A DNA stretch of 64,000 bases, taken from Squalus acanthias (Eukaryota). Made by a program: the position numbers and the translations under genes. The notes under the pieces are model-generated. The model saw only the letters and a program-made list of their open reading frames with translations. It was not told the DNA's origin and did no database searches. The DNA lies in contig CM059431.1 in assembly GCA_030390025.1 (NCBI GenBank), forward strand, positions 148,926,001 through 148,990,000, in the 5' to 3' direction. Of the stretch, positions 36,706 through 48,234 are shown piece after piece. Position 1 is the stretch's first letter. Each line of letters opens with the position of its first letter.

Positions 36706-36950
36706 CTGTTCAGAGTCTCTTTAGCAACTAGCAAGCACCAGTTATACCTGAGAGGCCGCTTAAACTTTTGCGCCAAACCTCAGGTGCACAATTGATTTTA
36801 GATGACTCCCTTTTGTGCGATTTTGGCAGGCTGATCAACTCTGATGTGATCCCTTTGTGAGAATTTTGGTGGGCTAATTGAGCATTAGCATGAAACAAGT
36901 TTCCAAAAGGTGTTGATGGGGTTTTTGAATGGTGCTGTTAGAAGGTAATC

Positions 36951-38585
36951 TCCACTACTCGCCTTCAAGCAGCCGCCTAACCTCAAAAGTACCATCGTTC
37001 GCAGCAAATTACCCAGCTGTCAGGAGAACAGCGACCACGACACCACACAACCCTACCACGGCAACCTCTGCAAGACATGCCAGATCATCAACACAGATAC
37101 CATCATCACACGTGAGGACACTGCCCACCAGGTACATGCTACATACTCATGTGACTCGGCCAACGTTGTCTACGTTGGTAGGGCAAATTTGAATAAGGAT
37201 TACAGGGTCAACGGCAGGGTTCTGAGGAACGTGGAGGAGCAGAGGGATCTGGGGGTTCATATCCACAGATCTCTGAAGGTTGCCACTCAAGTGGATAGAG
37301 CAGTAAAGAAGGCCTATGGTGTGTTGGCGTTTTTTAACAGAGGGTTTGAGTTTAAGAACCGTGAGGTTATGCTGCAACTGTACAGGACCTTGGTGAGACC
37401 ACATTTGGAATATTGTGTGCAGTTCTGGTCACCTCACTATAGGAAGGACGTGGAAGCATTGGAAAGAGTGCAAAGGAGATTTACCAGGATGCTGCCTGGT
37501 TTGGGGGGGGAGGTCTTATGAAGAAAGATTGAGGGAGTTGGGGCTTTTCTCTTTAGAGCGGAGGAGGATGAGAGGCGACTTAATAGAGGTTTATAAGATG
37601 ATGAGGGGGATAGATAGAGTGGATGTTCAGAGACTATTTCCTCGGGTAGAGGCAGCTGTTACAAGGGGGCATAACTATAAGGTGCATGGGGGGAGCTATA
37701 GAAGGGATGTCCGAGGTAGATTCTTTACTCAGAGAGTGGTTGGGGTGTGGAATGGACTGCCTGCTGTGATAGTGGAGTCGGACACTTTAGGAACTTTCAA
37801 GCGTTTATTGGATAAGCACATGGAGCACACCAGAGTGATAGGGAGTGTGATAGCTTGAACTTGGTCTCGGACAATGCTCAGCACAACATCGAGGGCCGAA
37901 GGGCCTGTACTGTGCTGTACTGTTCTATGTTCTATGTACCTCATACGTTGCAGGAAAGAATGCACCGCAGCATGGTACATCGGCGAGACCATGCAGACAC
38001 TGAGACAACGTATGAACGGACACCGCGCAACAATCGCCAGGCAGGATTGTTACCTCCCAGTCAAAGAACACTTCAGCAGTCAAGGACATTCAGCCTGGGA
38101 TCTGTGGGTTAGCCTTCTCCAAGGCGGCCTTCGAGACACACGACAACGAAAAATCATCAAGCAGAAACTGATAGCCAAGTTCCGCACCCATGAGGACGGC
38201 CTCAATCGCGATCTCGGGTTCATGTCACGCTACAGAAAGTGACTCGACATCGTTGGCTGATTTCCCAGTTTTAAAAATAAAGTTAAAAGCCGAACTGTAA
38301 CCTGCAGCATTTGACACGTTGGACCCCCTGTGACCCACCTCATTGTCTTAGCTGTACTCTGATGTGTCTTTGATGTAATGCCTCCATGACGGATTGTATC
38401 TCTGCAGACACATTGTTCTCTGTCTATATATACTGTGTAATCGACTTATATTCCCTCGCTGTACCTGAAGAATGAGCAGAGCTCCGAAAGATCGTAATTT
38501 CAAATAAAACTGTTGGACTATAATCTGGTGTTGTGCGACTTCTCAATTTTGTACATCCCAGTCCAACACTGGCATCTCCGCATCA
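36951..38585 (+). mobile_element. Penelope-like element, 5'-truncated: GIY-YIG endonuclease plus 3' terminal repeat
   Basis: PLLAFKQPPNL...CKTC...CDSANVVY | LIRCRK...WYIGETMQTLRQRMNGHR...DGLN; 11-bp TSD agaaggtaatc (36940-50, 38586-96). Confidence 0.88.
37175..37935 (+). mobile_element. CR1-type LINE 3' fragment nested in the Penelope-like element
   Basis: QRDLGVHIHRSLK, LVRPHLEYCVQFWSP; tail ttctatgttctatg. Confidence 0.92.
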
Positions 38586-38974
38586 AGAAGGTAATCAGGT
38601 CTTGATACTGTCCATTATGTGTTTTGCTGATGCCAGGGATTTTCTGGACAGCCGTTTTAAGAACCATTAAAATATGTATGTTTCTGGGTCCCTGTTAAGT
38701 GGGCTTTTGTTAGACTGCTAATGTCTCCCTGGGGGACTGCCTCCCAGGTGGGTTAGCAGCCCTATAAGGATTCCCATTTTCCTGTGCAGACACAGCATAT
38801 AATTCAAAATGTCCAAACTCAATCAATAGGCCCTAGTTTAGTCCATAGGCGCCCGATAGTGAGATATTTCTGTCCACATTTCTTCTCCAAGAGGTCCAAT
38901 ACAGCCCCCTTTTAAATTCCAGACACATGTCCATTAAGAAGGGGGTATTGGAATTTTGTGAATCCTGCATCTCA

Positions 38975-40345
38975 GAACTGCCCCTCCGACTGTGCAGTGC
39001 TCCTCAGTACTGCAACCCCCCCTCAGTATTGCCCCTCCGACAGTGCAGAGCTCCCTGAATACTTCCCCTCCGACAGGGCAGCCATCCCTCAGTACTGCCC
39101 CTCCGACATGCAGCGCTCCCTCAGTACTGCCCCTCCGACAGTGCGGCGCTCACTCGGTACTGCACTTCCGACAGTTCAGCGCTCCCTCAGTACTGCCCGT
39201 CCAACAGTGCAGAGCTCCCTCAGTACTGCCCCTCCAACAGTGCGGTGTTTCTTCAGTACTGCCCCTTCCACAGTGCAGCGTCCCTCAGTACTTCCCGTCC
39301 GACAGTGCGGCGCTTCCTCAGTACAGAACCTCTGACAGTCCAGCGCTCCCTCAGTCTGACCATCTGGCAGTGCAGCACTCCCTCAGTATTGCCCCTCTGA
39401 GAGTGCAGTGCTCCCTCAGTACTGCCCATCCAACAGTGCAGCGATCCCTCAGTACTGACCCTATGCCCGTGCAGTGCTCCCTCAGTCTGACTCTCCGTCA
39501 GTGAGGCGCTCCCTGAATACCTTCCCTCCAAGAGTGCAGTGCTCCCTCAGTACCACGAATCCGTCATTGCAGCGCCCCCGCAGCACTGCCCCTTATCAGT
39601 GCAGCTCTCCCTCTGTACTGCCCCTCCGACAGTGCAGCGCTCCCTCAGTACTGCCGTCCAAAAGTGCAGCGCTCCCTCAGTCTGACTCTCCATTAGTGCA
39701 GCGCTCTCTCAGTACTGCCCCTCCATCAGTGCAGCGCTCAGACAGTAATGCCCTCCGACAGTGCAGCGCTCCCTCGGTACTGCCCCTCCGACAGTGCAGC
39801 GTTCCCTCAGTACTGCCCCTCCGTCAGTGCAGCGCTCTCTTAGTACCGTTCCTCCGGCAGTGCAACGCTCTCTCAGTTCTGCCAATCCGAAAGTGCAGCG
39901 CTCCCTCAGTTCTGCGCCTCCGACAGTGCAGCGCTCCCTCATTACTGCCCCTCCGACAGTGCAGTGCTCCCTCAGTACTGCCCCTCCGAAAAATCAGTGC
40001 TCCCTCAGTACTGCCCCTCCAACAGTGCAGCGCTCCATTAGTACTGCCCCTCCGACTGTGCAGCGCTCCCTCAGTGCTGCCCCTCCGACAGTGCAGCGCT
40101 CCCTCAGTACTGCCCCTCCGACAGTGCAGCGCTCCTTCAGTACAGCCCCTCCTACAGTGCAATGCACCCTCAGTACTGCCCCTCCGACAGTGCCCTGCTC
40201 CCTCAGTACAGCCCCAACTGACAGTGCAGCGCTCCCTCAGTACTATCCCTCCGACAGTGCAGCGCTCCCTCATTACTGCCCCTCCGACAGGGCAGCGCTC
40301 CCTCAAAACTGCCCCTACGACAGTGCAGCGCTCCCTCCGTTCTGC
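38975..40345 (-). repeat. 33-bp SINE-derived minisatellite (reverse orientation)
   Basis: Same unit as 19945-21235. Confidence 0.93.
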
Positions 40346-40402
40346 CCCTCGGCTGCCCGAATAGTTTATATGGATTCGAGAGGGTTTATGGGAAGGACGT
40401 AC

Positions 40403-40623
40403 AAATCCCGATCGAGACTAGATCTGTTCCTCCACCTTTGGGATTTGCCACCAAATAGCCCCGGGGACGATGGAAATGGACAGGGTCTGGATGAGGTTGA
40501 GCCAGGACAGGATATTTTCTAGCAGTTGCTTGAAGTTGTGGGCCGTCATTGTGCGGTCCTGAGACCAATAGGAGGAGGCCCATCTTCTGCCCTGCTCCTC
40601 TTCCGAGGCTAGAGACGATTCCG
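40403..40623 (-). pseudogene. Second copy of the ABCG-like exon, with in-frame stop
   Basis: cctgtttcag| ESSLASEEEQGRRWASSYWSQ...IWWQIPKVEEQI*SRSGF |gtacgt; TAG at 40418-40420. Confidence 0.85.
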
Positions 40624-40694
40624 CTGAAACAGGGGAGAGTTTAATTTAAATCCAAGTTTCATGGGGAGCAGATAAAGAATCGTCCTGATAGCCA

Positions 40695-41280
40695 GTCTCA
40701 GCATCGAGCGCTCCCAGGGCAGGTACAGCCCGGTTTTGAAACAGGGTAGAGCTCCCTTTACATTACACTGACATTGTGTCCCCCACTTTATACCCAGTGT
40801 CAGCACCGAGCGCTCCCAGGGCAGGTACAGCACGGGTTAGATACAGTGTAGAGCTCCCTCTATATTACCCTGACAGTGTGTCCCCACTTTATACCCAGTG
40901 TCAGCATCGAGCGCTCCCAGGGCAGGTACAGCACGGGTTAGATACAGTGTAGAGCTCCCTCTACATTACCCTGACAGTGTGTCCCCCACTTTATACCCAG
41001 CGTCAGCATCGAGCGCTCCCAGGGGCAGGTACAGCACGGGTTAGTTACAGTGTAGAGCTCCCTCTACATCACCCTGACTGTGTGTCCCTCACTTTATACC
41101 CAGTGTAGCATCGAGCGCTTCAAGGCAGGTGCAGCATGGGATCGACACAGTGCAGAGCTCACTCTACATTACCCTGACAGTGTGTCAATCACTTTATACC
41201 CAGTGTCAGCATCGAGCGCTCCCAGGGCAGGTACAGCACGGGTTAGATACAGTCTAGAGCTCCCTCTACATTACACTGAA
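40695..41280 (+). repeat. ~100-bp satellite, ~6 units
   Basis: Same unit as 8937-10080. Confidence 0.92.
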
Positions 41281-42104
41281 AGTGTGCCTTGCACCTTTTA
41301 AAGACAGGAGTGCCGTACAAATGAATTTTCAAGTCGCTGATTGAGGGATGGCGATGCAAGCTCCAGCAATGTTATTAAAGTGAACACGATGAATCAACGA
41401 CTTTCAGGTGATATGAAAAAGTTATTTTATTGCACAGGTCTGGCACGGATTGACCATATAACTCTTTATTCATTATTACAGCCGTCACACAGTCTAATTC
41501 CCATTATAAACCTCGGGCACTCGAGAAGGTTAAGTGAGAGCAACATTCACAGATAAAGTGCAGTTAAAGGCACAGGCCACCAGGGCCAGAGGTCAAACTC
41601 CTCTATCCGGGGTGAGTGTTGGGGAGAGGCTGGGGTTTGGGGATTTGGGGTGACTGAAGCTCCCCGCTACCCCCCACCCCCGTCTCAAGGCACTTTATTC
41701 GAGCAGCGTGGAATATCTTAGATCGGTTTGGTATCCCGCTCATGTCCCGACCAGATCCGTCTCGCGCTTTGATCCCCGGGTGTTCGGTCAAAGTTCCGGT
41801 TCGGTCGCGAGCTCCAGGCCGGATCAGTCCATCGCCCCTCCCCTCCCCCCGCGACTACAGCACGAGAGGACGGGGATGGAAGGATGTGCGAGGCTGACAG
41901 GGCCACATTCGCCCGCCCCCCGCCCGCTCCAGGTTGCCAGATTCTCCGATTGGGGACGGGCACAATTCAGCGGTTGAGGGGAGGTTGAGAAAGTCAGCCG
42001 CAGCAGAGTGGGACTGGAGTCACGTGTAGGCCGCAGCGGGTGGTTTGAGTGGAAACGGCAGATTCCCTTCCCTTGAACAACAAATCAGCCAGAATCTCAC
42101 TTAA

Positions 42105-44330
42105 TGATGGAACAGGCTCGAGGTGCTCAATGGCCTCCTCCTATTCCTGTGTAACGGGCTCGAGGGGCTGAATTGCCTCCTCCTGTAGCTGTGTAACAGG
42201 CTCGAGGGGCTGAATGGGCCTACTCCTGTTCCTGTGTAACAGGCTTGGGGGCTGAATGGGCCTGCTCCTGTTCCTGTGTAACAGGCTTGGGGGCTGAATG
42301 GCCTGCTCCTGTTCATGTGTAACGGGCTCAAGGGGCTGAATGGCCTCCTCCTATTCCTGTGTAACGGGCTCGAGGGGCTGAATGGCCTCCTCCTATTCCT
42401 GTGTAACGGGCTCGAGGGGCTGAATGGCCTCCTCCTGTTCCTGTGCAACTGGTTCGAGCGGCTGAATGGCCTACTCCTGTTCCTGTGTAACGTGCTCGAG
42501 GGGCTGAATGGCCTTCTCCTGTTCCTGTGTAACACGCTCGTGGGGCTGAATGGCCTACTCCTGTTCCTGTTTAACAGGTTTGAGGGGCTGAATGGGCCTC
42601 CTCCTGTTCCTGTCTAACAGTCTCGAGGGGCTGAATGGGCCTCCTCCTGTTCCTGTGTAATGGGCTCGAGTGGCTGAATGGCCTCCTTCTATTCCTGTAT
42701 AACGGTCTCGAGGGGCTGAATGGCCTCCTCCTATTCCTGTGAAATGTGCTCGAGGGGCTGAATGGCCTCCTCCTGTTCCTGTGTAACATGCTCGAGAGGC
42801 TGAATGGCCCCCTCCTGTTCCTGTGTAACGGGCTCAAGGGGCTGAATGGCCTCCTCCTATTCCAGTGTAACGGGCTCGAGGGGCTGAATGGCCTCCTCCT
42901 ATTCCTGTGTAACGGGATCGAGGGGCTGAATGGCCTCCTCCTGTTGCTTTAGTAACAGGTTCGAGTGAGGCTGAATGGCCTCCTCCTGTATCCTCTGTAA
43001 CGGGCTCGAGGGGCTGAATGGCATCCTTCTGTTCCTGTGTAACATGCTCGAGGGGCTGAATGGGCCTCCTCCTGTTCCTGTGTAACGTGCTCGAGGGGCT
43101 GAATGGACTCCTCCTGTGCCTTTGTAACAGGCTCGAGGGGCTGAATGGCCACCTGTCCCTGTGTAACAGGCTCGAGGGGCTGAATGGCCTACCCCTGTTC
43201 CTGTGTAACAGGCTTGAGGGGCTGAATGGGCCTCCTCCTGTTCCCGTGTAACAGCCTCGAGGGGCTGAATGGGCCAACTCCTATTCCTGTGTAACAGGCT
43301 CGAGGGGCTGAATGGACACCTGTTCCTGTCTAACAGTCTCGAGGGGCTGAATGGGCCTACTCCTGTTCCTGTGTAACAGGCTTGAGGGGCTGAATGGCCT
43401 CCTCCTGTTCCTGTGTAACGGGCTCGAGGGGCTGAATGGCCTCCTCCTATTCCTGTGTAACGGGCTCGAGGGGCTGAATGGCCTCCTCCTGTACCTATGT
43501 AACAGGCTCGAGGGGCTGAATGGGCCTACTCCTGTTCCTGTGTAACAGACTCGAGAGGCTGAATGGACACCTGTTCCTGTGTAACAGGCTCGAGGGGCTG
43601 ATTGGGCCTCCTCCTGTTCCTGTAATGGACTCGAGGGGCTGAATAGCCTCCTCCTGTTCCTGTGAAACGGTCTCGAGGGGCTGAATGGCATCCTTCTGTT
43701 CCTGTGTAACATGCTCGAGGGGCTGAATGGGCCTCCTCCTGTTCCTGTGTAACGGGCTCGAGGGGCTGAATGGCCTCCTCCTGTTCCTGTGTAACAGGCT
43801 CGAGGGTGTGAATGGGCCTCCTCCTATTCATCTGTAACGGGCTCGAGGGGCTGAATGGCCGCCTGTCCCTGTGTAACAGGCTCGAGGGGCTGAATGGCCT
43901 CCTCCTGTTGCTTTAGTAACAGGCTCGGGTGGGGCTGCATGGCCTCCTCCTGTTCCTGTGTAACGTGCTCGAGGGGCTGAATGGCCTCTTCCTTTGTAAC
44001 GGGCTCGAGGGGCTGAATTGCCTCCTCTTGTTCCTGTGTAATTGGCTGAATGGGCCTACTCTTATTCCTATGCAGCAGTTTCGAGGTGATGAATGGGCCT
44101 CCTCCTGTTACAGTGTACAGGCTCGAGTGGCGCTGAATGGCCTCTTCCTGTTCCTTTGTAACAGGCTCGAGGGGGCTGATTGGCCGCCTCCTGTTCCTTT
44201 GTAACAGGCTTGAGGGGCCTGATTGTCCTCCTCCTGTTCCTATAGTAACAGGCTCGAGGGGGCTGATTGGTCTCCTCCTGTTCCTATATTAAGAGTCTCG
44301 AGGGGGCTGATTGGCCTCCTCCTGTTCCTC
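42105..44330 (+). repeat. ~42-bp minisatellite derived from the CR1 3' end
   Basis: Unit aacaggctcgaggggctgaatggcctcctcctgttcctgtgt, ~50 copies; compare the CR1 tail at 2851-2890. Confidence 0.93.
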
Positions 44331-44367
44331 CGAGTCAACCGGTTGTTGCTTTCCCAGAAATATGACA

Positions 44368-44421
44368 ATTTGGTGGCAAATCCCTAAAGTTGAGGAACAG
44401 ATCCAGGCCCAATCAGGATTG
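44368..44421 (+). pseudogene. Third, partial and inverted copy of the ABCG-like exon
   Basis: IWWQIPKVEEQIQAQSGL |gtacgt followed by the same intron start as the 21.2 and 40.4 kb copies. Confidence 0.8.
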
Positions 44422-44474
44422 GTACGTCATTCACATAAACCCCTCCCTTCCATATAAACTATTCGGGCGGCCAA

Positions 44475-45590
44475 GGGGCAGAACTGAGGGAGCGCCGCAC
44501 TGTCGGAGGGGCAGTACTGAGGGGGAGTTGCACTGTTGGAGGAGCAGTACTGAGGGAGTGACGCATTGTCGAATGGGCAGTACTGAGGGAGCGCTGCACT
44601 GTTGGAAGGTCAGTACTGAGGGAGCGCTGCACTGTCAGAGGGGCAGCACTGAGGGAGCGCTGCCCTGTCGGAGGGGCAGTACTGAGGGAGAGCTACACTG
44701 TCGGAGGGGCAGTACTGAGAGAGCGCTGCACTGTCGGAGGGTAGTACTGAGGGAGCGCTGCACTGTCGGAGGGGTAGTACTGAGGGAGTGCTGCCTTGTC
44801 GGAGGAGCATTATTGAGGGAACGCTGCACTGTAGAAGGGCAGTACAGAGAGAGAACTGCGCTGTCGGAGGAGCAGTATTAAGGGAGCACGGCACTGTCGG
44901 AGGGCAGTACTGATCGAACGCCACACTGTCAGTGGAGCAGAACTGAGGGAGCGCTGCCCTGTCGGAGGGGCAGTACTGAGGGAGCACTACATTGTCGGAA
45001 GGGCAGTACTGAGAGAGCGCTGCACTGTCGGAGGGCAGTACTGAGGGAGCGCTGCCCTGTCGGAGGGGCAGTACTGAGGGAGTGCTGCACTGTCGGAGGG
45101 GCAGTACTGAGGGAGCGCTGCCCTGTCGGAGGAGCATTATTGAGGGAGCGCAGCACTGTCGGAGGAACAGGACTGAGGGAGCGCTGCACTGTCGGAGGGG
45201 CAGTACTGAGGGAGCACTGCACTGTCGAAGGGTCAGTACTGAGGGAACGCTGCACTGTGGAAGGGCAGTACAGAGCGAGTACTGCGCTGTCGGAGGGGCA
45301 GTATTAAGGGAGCACCGCACTGTCGGAGGGCGGTACTGATGGAATGCCACACTGTCAGTGGAGCAGTACTGAGGGAGCGCAGCACTGTCGAAGCGGCAGT
45401 ACTGAAGGAGCGCTGCACTGCCGAAAGTGTATTACGAAGGGAGCACTCCACTGTCGGAGGGGCAGTACTGAGGGAGCGCTTCATTGTGGGAGGATCAGTA
45501 CAGAGCGAGCTCTGCACTTTCGGAGGGCCAGTATTAAGATAGCGCTCCTCTGTTGGAGTGGCAGTACTGAGGGAGCGCTGCAGTGTTGGA
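44475..45590 (+). repeat. 33-bp SINE-derived minisatellite
   Basis: Unit cactgtcggaggggcagtactgagggagcgctg. Confidence 0.93.
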
Positions 45591-45599
45591 GCGCCAGGA

Positions 45600-48225
45600 A
45601 TTTTTTTGTATTCGTTGCTGTGCTTTGGGCGTCCCTGGAAAGGCAAGCAATTATTGGTCATCCATAATTGCCCTCGAGAAGGCGGTGGTGAGCCGCCTTC
45701 TAAAATCGCTGAAGTGCATGTGCTGAAGCTACTCCCACAGTGGTGTTTGGGAGAGATTCCCAGCGTTTTGGCCAAGCGACGATGAAGTATCAGCGATATA
45801 ATTCTATGTCAGGATCATGTGTGACTTGGAGGTGAACTTGGAGGTGGTGGTGATCCCATGCGCCGGCTCCCCTTGTCCTTCGAGATAGAAGACATCGCGT
45901 GTTTGTGAGGTGCTGCCGAAGAAGCCTTGGCGAGTTGCTGCAGTGCATCTTGTAGATGGTACACACTGCAGCCACGGTACGCCGGTGGTGGAGGGAGTGA
46001 ACTTTTTAGATGATTGATTGGGTGTCAACCAAGTGGGTTGCTTTGTCCTGGATGATGTCAAGCTTCTTGAGTGTTGTTGGAGCTGCACTCATCCAGGCAA
46101 GTGGAGAGTATTCCATCACACTCCTTACTTGTGGCTTGTTGATGGTGGAAATTCTTTGGGGAGTCAAAGGTGTGACACTCTCCGCAGAATACCTAGCCTC
46201 TGAACTGCTCCTGTTGCCACAGTATTTATGTGGCTGGTCCAGTTAAGTTTCTGTTCAATGGTAACCCCCAGTTGTTGATGGTGGGGGATTCGTTAATGGT
46301 AATGCCGTTGAATGGCAAGGAGCGGTGGTTAGACTCTCGCTTGTTGGAGATAATCATCCCCTGGCACTTCTGTGGCGTGAATTTTACCTGCCACTTATCA
46401 GTCCAAGCCTGAACGTAGTCCAGGTCCTGTTGCAAACGGTCATGTACTGCTTCATTATCTGAGGAGTTGTGAATGGAAGAAAAACTGTGCAGTCATCAGC
46501 GAACATTCCCATTTCTCATCTTATGTTGAAGGGAAGGACATTGATGAAGCAGCTAAAGATGGTTGGGCCTAGGAAACTGCCCTGAGGAACTCCTGCAGCG
46601 AAGTACTGGGGCTGAGATGATTGACCTTCAACCACCACAACCATCTTCCTTTGTGCTAGGTATGACTCCAGCCAGTGGAACGTTTTCCCTCTGATTCCCA
46701 ATGGCTTCAATTTTTCTAGGGCTCCTTGATACCAGACTCGGAAAAATGCTGCCTTGATGTCAAGGGCAGTCACTCTCACCTCACCTCTGGAATTCATCTA
46801 CTTTGTCCATGTTTGGACCAAAGCTGTAATGAGGTCAGGAGCCGAGTGTTCTTAGCGGATCCCAAACTAGGCTTCAGTGAGCAGGTTATTGGTGAGTAAG
46901 TGCCGCTTGATAGCAGTGTCGAGTACACCTTCCATCACTTTGCTGATGATTCAGAGTAGACTGATGGGGCGGTAATTGGCCGGGTTGGATTTGTCCTGCT
47001 TTTTCTGGACAGGACATACCTGGGTAGTTGTCCATATTGTCGGATAGATGTCAGTGTTGTAGCTGCAATGGAGCAGCTTGGCTAGAGACGCGGCTAGTTC
47101 TGAACACAAGCTCTTCAGCACGATAGCCGAGATGTTGTCGGGGCCTTTGCTTGATCCAGTATGCTCAGTCATTTCTTGATGTCACGTGGAGTAAATCGAA
47201 TTGGCTGAAGACTAGATCCTGTGATGGTGTGGACCTCAGGAGTAGGCCGATATGCCATCCACTCGGCAGTTCTGGCTGAAGATAGTTGCAAACGCTTCAG
47301 CCTTGTCTTTTGTACTCACGTCTTGGGGTCCACCATTATTGAAGATGCGGATATTCATGGAGCTTCATTATCACGTTAGTTGTTTGATGGTCCACCACCA
47401 TTCACGACTGGATGTGGCAGGACTGCAGAGCTTTGATCTGATCCGTTGATTGTGGGTTCGCTTCGCCCTGTCTATAGCAGGTTGTTTCCGCTTTTTAGCA
47501 TGCATGTAGTCCTGTGTGGCAGCTTCCCCAGGTTGGCACCTCATTTTTAGGTGCGCCTGGTGCTGCTCCAGGCATGCTCTGCTAAAATCTTTATTGAGCT
47601 AGGATTGGTCCCCTGGCTTGATGGTAATGGTAGAGTGAGGGATATGCCGGGCCATGAGGTTACAGATTGTGGAGGAATACAATTCTGCTGCTACTGATGA
47701 CCCATCGCGCCTCATGGATGCCCAGTCTTGAGATGCTAGATCGGTTCTGAATCTATCTGATTTAGCACGGTTGTAGTGCCACACAACACGTTGGAGGGTG
47801 TCCCCAGTATGAAGACGGGACTTCGTCTCCACAATGACTGTCCGATGGTTACATCTACCAAGGCTGTCATGGACAGATGCATCTGCGACAGGCATTTGGT
47901 GAGGACGAGGTGAAGTAAATGTTTGCCTCATGTTGGTTCACTGACCTTCTGTCGCATGCCCAGACTGCTTTGTCTTCAGGATTAGGCCAGCTCGTTCAGT
48001 AGTGGAGCTACCGAGCCACTCTTGGTGATGGACATTGAATTCCCCCACCCAGAGTACATTCTGTGCCATTGCTAATCTCAGAGCTTCTTCCAAGTGGTGT
48101 TCAACATGGAGGAGTGCTGATTCATCGGCTGAGGGAGGGCGGTATGTGGAAATCAGCAGGAGGTTTCCTTGCCCATGCTTAACCTGAAGCTATGTGTCTT
48201 CATGCGGTCCGGAGTCAATGTTGCG
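45600..48225 (-). mobile_element. CR1/Jockey-group LINE, degenerate endonuclease-RT-3' tail
   Basis: NPANYRPISLL, VTALDIKAAF.RVW, GVPQGSFLGP, LQQDLD.VQAW; clade not determined. Confidence 0.85.
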
Positions 48226-48234
48226 TTCCCTTCG

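Noticed and set aside
42101..44204. Leucine-periodic ORFs (LEGLNGLLLFLCN) resembling LRR or antifreeze repeats
   Set aside because: Translation of a 42-bp CR1-tail satellite with frequent frameshifts
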